This document shows positions 55,338 through 60,611 of a stretch of DNA of 60,611 bases, piece after piece. Below the pieces are notes generated by a model. The model ran no database searches and was not told the DNA's origin. It saw only the letters and a list, made by a program, of their open reading frames with translations. Every line of letters starts with the position of its first letter. The stretch's first letter is position 1. This DNA is from a virus. Taxonomy: Duplodnaviria; Caudoviricetes. The translations under genes were made by a program, and so were the position numbers. The stretch spans positions 1 to 60,611 of the IMG/VR virus record IMGVR_UViG_3300019458_000037; one strand, written 5' to 3'.

Positions 55338-56713
55338 GCCGCCAGACCGACAACGGCAAGGTGGAGAAACAAATGCTACAGCAAGCCATTGCCATTGCGG
55401 AGCTTGGCGCGCCTGGGCTGAAAATCTCAGGAGGCCTGATCGATGAAGAATTCCTGCCAGAGCTCCGGGGGCGCAAAGCGGCGCGCGTCTTTGAAGAGAT
55501 GCGTCAAAATGATCCCACCATCGGGGCCGTCCTGATTGCGATTGAACATCTCCTGAAGCAGATCCCATGGACGGTGCAGGCGGCGAGCGACGCGCCGCAA
55601 GCGAAAGAGCTACAGGAATTCGTCTCAGGGGCGCTCTTCCATGATATGTCGACCAGTTGGCAGGAAGTCCTCAGCGAAATCCTCACCATGGTCCCCTTCG
55701 GCTGGGCCTATCTGGAGGTGGTCTATAAGCTGCGCAAGGGGCCAGGCAAGGATCCGACGACCAGATCGAATTTCAATGATGGGCGGATCGGCTGGCGCAA
55801 ATGGTCGCTGCGCGGGCAGAATACGCTCGTGCGCTGGGAATTCGACGAGGCCGGGGGCATTCAGGCGATGGTGCAGAATCCTCCCCCGGCCTATCGGCAG
55901 ACCATCATCCCGATTGAAAAAGCCATGCTCTTTCGTACGGTCGCACATCGCAATAATCCAGAAGGCCGCTCGCTGCTGCGCAATGCCTATCGACCGTGGT
56001 TCTTCAAAAAGCACATCGAAGAAATCGAGGGGATTGGGGTGGAGCGTGACCTCGCCGGCTATCCGGTATTCAAGATCGATAAAGAGGCCCCGGATATTTG
56101 GAACAAAAATGATCCTGACGCCTTGGCGGTGAAAGCGAAATTGGAGAGCATCATCACGGCGGTGAAACGCGACGAGCAGGAGGGGATGATGCTGCCCTGG
56201 TGGGTGGACTTCCAATTAGTGAGCACCGGGAGCCGTCGCGCCTTCGATACCACGGCGATCATCTCACGCTATGACCAGCGTATCGCCATGAGCTTGATGG
56301 CGGATTTCATCTTGCTCGGCTCTAGCGACGTCGGCAGCTTTGCCCTCTCGACCGACAAAAGCAGCATGTTCGCCTCGATCCTGGACGGCTTGGCGGATAA
56401 TATCGCCGAAATCATCAACCGGCACGGGATCCCGCGCTTGCTCGATCTGAATAATTGGCCGCTCGATCTGGCGCCCAGGCTCGATCACGGCAAGGTCGAG
56501 CCGAAGGATATCGCCGGGTTAGCGGAGTTCGCGGCGAAACTCGGCGCAGGGGGGCTGATCCAGCCCTCAGTCGAGCTAGAGGCTGCACTGCTGGAATCGG
56601 CAGGTCTACCGGTGCCTCCAGAGGTACGAGGGCTAGAAAAAGCCGCCTGGACTGGCCAGCGCGCCTTTCGCCAGGCGATGGCACGCTATAAGCAGGCGCA
56701 CCAGCGCCGGTAG
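55334..56713 (+). CDS. Portal protein (DUF935 / Mu gp29-like)
   Basis: NNPEGRSLLRNAYRPWFFKK.IEEIEGIGVERDLAGYP; 459 aa, downstream of TerL. Confidence 0.88.
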   Translation: MSRQTDNGKVEKQMLQQAIAIAELGAPGLKISGGLIDEEFLPELRGRKAARVFEEMRQNDPTIGAVLIAIEHLLKQIPWTVQAASDAPQAKELQEFVSGALFHDMSTSWQEVLSEILTMVPFGWAYLEVVYKLRKGPGKDPTTRSNFNDGRIGWRKWSLRGQNTLVRWEFDEAGGIQAMVQNPPPAYRQTIIPIEKAMLFRTVAHRNNPEGRSLLRNAYRPWFFKKHIEEIEGIGVERDLAGYPVFKIDKEAPDIWNKNDPDALAVKAKLESIITAVKRDEQEGMMLPWWVDFQLVSTGSRRAFDTTAIISRYDQRIAMSLMADFILLGSSDVGSFALSTDKSSMFASILDGLADNIAEIINRHGIPRLLDLNNWPLDLAPRLDHGKVEPKDIAGLAEFAAKLGAGGLIQPSVELEAALLESAGLPVPPEVRGLEKAAWTGQRAFRQAMARYKQAHQRR

Positions 56714-56722
56714 GAGCAGGGC

Positions 56723-57163
56723 ATGAAATGCCCGCGCTGCAACGGCTTCATGATCTATGAAAAAGGGGCCACCACGCAGTCGTCGTTTTATCGCTGTCTG
56801 AATTGTGGCCACCAGCGCGACGAACGGTATGATCTGAACGAGGTAGCGGTGGGACAAACGACCCAGACGCGACGGCCAGGCATGCGCGGGTGGTCCCCTG
56901 CGCAGCGTGAGGCGCACCGTCGAGCGATGCGTGAGTCCTGGGATAAGCGAAGAGGGGTGGACAGGCTCGCGCATATCATGAATGGCAAAGCGAAAGGGCG
57001 TTCGGTGGAAGGCCTGGTGGACGCCGCGCGGCTACCGGTCCCTGCCAAATATGACCAATATGGCTCACTCATCAAAGAGCTTGAGGCGCGTCGCGAGGCG
57101 ATCAACCAAGCGCTCGACGCCTTGAAACGCCTGCAAGTGGACAGAACTCTGCAAACCGCCTGA
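56723..57163 (+). CDS. Zinc-ribbon protein
   Basis: MKCPRCNGFM...RCLNCGH. Confidence 0.65.
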   Translation: MKCPRCNGFMIYEKGATTQSSFYRCLNCGHQRDERYDLNEVAVGQTTQTRRPGMRGWSPAQREAHRRAMRESWDKRRGVDRLAHIMNGKAKGRSVEGLVDAARLPVPAKYDQYGSLIKELEARREAINQALDALKRLQVDRTLQTA

Positions 57164-57339
57164 GCGAGGATGTTCAAGTCCTGTTGGTTGAAACATGATC
57201 TGGTGCAAGGGCGCTGCGAGCGCTGTGGGAAAGTCTGCCCACCAGAAGCGCAGCAAGGCGCGGTCGCCTATTCATTGGGGGCGATTTTCTTGAGCCACGC
57301 GCCAGCGAGCAAGGCACGAGACTGCCGGCCAGGGGATGC

Positions 57340-57630
57340 ATGAGCAACCGCGCGACGATCAGTTGGAATGCTAATTCTGAGCCCGATCTGGCCGGGTATC
57401 GTATTTATGCCTCGCAGCGCGAAAATGCCTTGGCGCTCTTCGATGATTTGACGTTGGCTGAACTCTCGAATCCGGCGTTGCCGTCTGTGACCTATTGGAA
57501 TTTCCAATCGTATGGTCGTTGGTTTTTTGCGGTCAGCGCCTATGATACGAGCGACAATGAGTCACAGACCAGCGCCATCGTCAGCAAATTGATCGGCGGC
57601 GACGATAGCTTTGCTGGCGCTACGTTGTGA
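57340..57630 (+). CDS. Fibronectin type III domain protein
   Basis: ATISWNANSEPDLAGYRIY...FFAVSAYDTSDNES. Confidence 0.8.
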   Translation: MSNRATISWNANSEPDLAGYRIYASQRENALALFDDLTLAELSNPALPSVTYWNFQSYGRWFFAVSAYDTSDNESQTSAIVSKLIGGDDSFAGATL

Positions 57631-57654
57631 ACAATAACAAGGAGGGCTCAATCG

Positions 57655-58083
57655 ATGTATAGGCTTAAAGCAGTGTTACGATTGCCGCTGCTGCTCGTGC
57701 TACTTCTCTTTGGTGCACCGCGCGCTGACGCTGAAACCTGCTCTGGCGATCAGTGCAGCTATATCGCCTCTGGGATCGAACCGACCGAGAAGGTCGGCGG
57801 TGCGCCGCTGGACAATCTGAAACAGATCGTCTTGACCCCGAAACTCAACGGCGTGGTGCAGGCTCCGGTGACGATTCCAGCGACGAAGCCGCAAGGGGGC
57901 GGGACATTTTCTAAAACACTGACCATTACCACGCCGGCCTGCAAGGTGACCACCTTGGCCGTGGATGCGGTGGCTGAGAATAGCGAAGGTCTGAAAAGCA
58001 CGCCATTAAGCGATGCCGTCTCAAAGGATCGTACGCTGGACCCTACGTGTGCCCCCAGTCAAGGAACCTTTTCACTCGACTGA
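57655..58083 (+). CDS. Signal-peptide-bearing beta-sandwich protein
   Basis: Hydrophobic leader ending ADA; FN3-like AVAENSEGLKS. Confidence 0.6.
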   Translation: MYRLKAVLRLPLLLVLLLFGAPRADAETCSGDQCSYIASGIEPTEKVGGAPLDNLKQIVLTPKLNGVVQAPVTIPATKPQGGGTFSKTLTITTPACKVTTLAVDAVAENSEGLKSTPLSDAVSKDRTLDPTCAPSQGTFSLD

Positions 58084-58269
58084 GGTGGCTGCTTTGCCGG
58101 TGGTTCAGCTGGTGGTGTTAAGCAACGCGTGACACAGACTCTTATGTACGACGTGGGCTAGGCAGTACGAGCATTGCACTCGTGTTAGCTAATCTCTCAT
58201 GACACGCAGGAAGTACGGGCGTATAAATCTGTTTCTTCTCCTGGCTGTCCGCCTGGCAAGGAGCTATCG

Positions 58270-59556
58270 ATGATCTTTTATCACCTGGTCTTAATGACGA
58301 TCATCTTGTGGTGTCTCTCGCCGTTGGCCTGGGCGGGACGGTATTGGGTGTCCTTATTGGGAAATGACGCGAATGGCTGCATTCCCAGCGATACGCAACC
58401 GGCAGATCTGGCGAACAACGCGCGCGCCACTCCGTTGCAAGGCGATGCCTGCCTCGGTCAGCCAGGTGGTCCGCATCGAGTCACAATCTTAGCCGGCACG
58501 TATACAGGCCCGAATGCGCGACTGGATATTGCAAACAGCGGCGTCAGCGGCAATCACCACATTGTCGAAGGTGATCCCTCCAGTTCTCCTACCTGCGCCA
58601 AGACCTCTACCTGTCCGACCATATTGGTACCCGATTCGTCGGTCGTATGGGGCGTGGTCCTTACAGGATCGTATATCACGATACGGAATCTTGACGTAAA
58701 TAGCCAGAATACCATCTCGTACGCGATGCGTCTAGGAACTTCCGATGCGGTTACCTACACACAACATCTCATTGAGAACGTCGAACTACGCAATTCGCCT
58801 GCAAGCGGCATTTTTGTCCATACCACCACGAGTTTCTGGACTCTTCGTGGAATGAACTCACATGACAACGGTACGGATGGCTTCGATCACGGAGGGTATC
58901 TGAGTGGTGATGATGGGCTGATCGAGAACAGTTGGTTTCACCACAACGACGGCAATGGCATCCAGTGCTATAACTCAACAGACGATCAGGCGGATCGTTG
59001 TACGGTTCGCTTCAGCCGGTTCAATAACAATGGAGCGGATGGATTCGTCCTTGAAGGCGATGATGACCTGGCGTATGCGAATGAAACGTACGGCAACGCG
59101 TTCAGCGGTATCCTGTGCATGAGGGCGCGCAACAAAGTGTTCAACAATCTAATTTATGGCAACGGCACTCTCGGATTTAGTACCAGCGGAACTGGCTGCG
59201 ATGACCTGCAATTCAAAAACAACATCGTGACCGAGAATGGTTCAACAGAAGTCCAGATCGCGCCAGGGAATACTGGGGCCGTGCTCTCTAATAATGCGTG
59301 CGGGGCCAGTGAATCGTGCGGCACGACTGGTAAAGTGACGATTACGAGCATCTTGGATTGTGTGGTCTCGCTAACGGATTTTAGGCTGAAAGCAGGCGCG
59401 CCGTGTATTGATACCGGGCTAACCCTCCCCGAAGCCTCGATAGACTTTCTCGGGGTCAGTCGGCCGCAGGGTGCGGCCTACGACATCGGGGCCTACGAAT
59501 TCGTCGACGTGGATGTAACGCCTCCGAGCATCCCGACGGGCGTCAGAGTCGATTAA
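58270..59556 (+). CDS. Right-handed beta-helix (pectin-lyase-like) protein with signal peptide
   Basis: Asn-ladder repeats (HDNG, HHND, NN.IYGN); C-terminal CIDTG...RPQGAAYDIGAYE. Confidence 0.8.
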   Translation: MIFYHLVLMTIILWCLSPLAWAGRYWVSLLGNDANGCIPSDTQPADLANNARATPLQGDACLGQPGGPHRVTILAGTYTGPNARLDIANSGVSGNHHIVEGDPSSSPTCAKTSTCPTILVPDSSVVWGVVLTGSYITIRNLDVNSQNTISYAMRLGTSDAVTYTQHLIENVELRNSPASGIFVHTTTSFWTLRGMNSHDNGTDGFDHGGYLSGDDGLIENSWFHHNDGNGIQCYNSTDDQADRCTVRFSRFNNNGADGFVLEGDDDLAYANETYGNAFSGILCMRARNKVFNNLIYGNGTLGFSTSGTGCDDLQFKNNIVTENGSTEVQIAPGNTGAVLSNNACGASESCGTTGKVTITSILDCVVSLTDFRLKAGAPCIDTGLTLPEASIDFLGVSRPQGAAYDIGAYEFVDVDVTPPSIPTGVRVD

Positions 59557-59617
59557 CCTGCGCGTTCACGATGATGACCGGCCGCACCCTGCTGACCAGT
59601 TGTTGAAAGGACTAGAT

Positions 59618-60611
59618 ATGGCCGCCATTGCCCATGCGTTCGCTGAACAGAACTCACTTCAGACGGATACCTCAGGAGTCTTCACTGACGTAGTGAGCAT
59701 TACTTCCGGCAATTTTACGACCGGCAAGAAATATCTCATCTACGCTACCGCCAACATCAATGAGCACTCAGGCAGTGGTACGTGTTGGATCAAATTACTC
59801 CACGGGTCTACTGATTTCTCCGAAAGCCTGATGGCAAGGACTACACAGAGTGACAGCAGCCTGTATTGGTCTTGTTACGGATTTCTGACGCTCTGGACTG
59901 CTGTTTCTGGTGAAGGTGTCAAGATCCAATTTAGAAGGACATCCAACAGCACCGCTCGTGTCGATCAAGTGAGTCTACTGGCGATCAACTTGAGCGACGA
60001 TATTGTTGAGAACACCGATTGGTTCTTCGCCGAGCGAACAACAGACGATGCTCTTGGTACTACACCAGACGATGGGGCGTCTGTGACGTTTACACCTAGC
60101 GTGGCAGGTGACAATTGGCTGGTGCTGACGTATGCGGGATATACAATTGGATCAGTCTCTACCACTCACGTCATCTCGCGTATTGAACGATCAGGAGAGG
60201 CCACGTCAACAACGCCAACTTGCCGAATTAGACCTCCTACTGCTACTTTAGGAGAAGTCGCGCTCTTAGCGCGAGCCTATAACTTAGGTGCTGCATCCAA
60301 TACGTTCAAAGAAGTGTCAGAAGAAACTGCTACGAACAGCACACGGAATTATTCTTCGATCTTCGTATTAAATCTCAACAAATTCCGTAACCATGCTGTG
60401 GCGTACACGGATGGTACAGTCAATCTTGGGACAACGGACTACGGTGATGAACTGCAAACCATCTCGCTGACGCCAAATGTGACTGGCGACGTGTGGATAG
60501 TGGCCTACTGGAATGGTGACATCAATTCTGCAGCCAATCAACTAGAGTCTCGCGTCCAAGTCGATAACAGTGACCAACCATCCTCGCAGACCAGCGACAA
60601 TTATCAGTTCC
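59618..60611 (+). CDS. Virion-associated beta-rich protein, 5' part (continues at position 1)
   Basis: AAAGGA RBS, ATG at 59618, open to the window end. Confidence 0.8.
   Translation, partial: MAAIAHAFAEQNSLQTDTSGVFTDVVSITSGNFTTGKKYLIYATANINEHSGSGTCWIKLLHGSTDFSESLMARTTQSDSSLYWSCYGFLTLWTAVSGEGVKIQFRRTSNSTARVDQVSLLAINLSDDIVENTDWFFAERTTDDALGTTPDDGASVTFTPSVAGDNWLVLTYAGYTIGSVSTTHVISRIERSGEATSTTPTCRIRPPTATLGEVALLARAYNLGAASNTFKEVSEETATNSTRNYSSIFVLNLNKFRNHAVAYTDGTVNLGTTDYGDELQTISLTPNVTGDVWIVAYWNGDINSAANQLESRVQVDNSDQPSSQTSDNYQF

Larger units (their letters stand above)
1..60611 (+). mobile_element. Complete (circular/permuted) tailed bacteriophage genome, siphovirus-like
   Basis: Terminase, portal, capsid, tail tube, tape measure, lysis and replication genes are all present with no host housekeeping genes; the end joins the start in an open reading frame. 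Confidence 0.92.

Noticed and set aside
1-60611. tRNA/rRNA genes
   Set aside because: No cloverleaf or T-loop consensus was noticed in intergenic gaps by eye; tRNAscan would be needed to confirm.

Overview
This window looks like a complete, circularly permuted ~60.6 kb tailed (siphovirus-like) phage genome. The ORF starting at 59618 runs off the end and continues in frame through positions 1-209. All credible genes are on the + strand. Modules in order: accessory virion proteins (57.3 kb to 7.2 kb across the junction), head/neck/tail (7.2-22.3 kb, including a lambda G/GT-type -1 frameshift), lysis (22.4-24.8 kb), early genes with a permuted AAA+ ATPase cassette (25-31 kb), recombination/replication with RecT, an initiator carrying iterons and a RuvC-like resolvase (31-36.5 kb), a putative DNA-modification cluster (36.7-40.1 kb), accessory genes, and terminase/portal (51.3-56.7 kb). 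I saw no integrase, CI-like repressor, DNA polymerase or tRNA. The main result is an apparent RNA-guided TIGR-Tas-like system. It has a nuclease-less coiled-coil + Nop/IS110-C-terminal-like protein (47152-48072) and three ~36-nt-period dual-repeat arrays (50153-51042, 53027-53583, 53941-54293; about 45 units, edge repeat GAGCGAGCCA). The arrays are interleaved with the packaging genes, two have their own sigma70-like promoters, and the last repeat of each runs into the ATG of the next gene. Product calls come from motif recognition only; no database searches were run.
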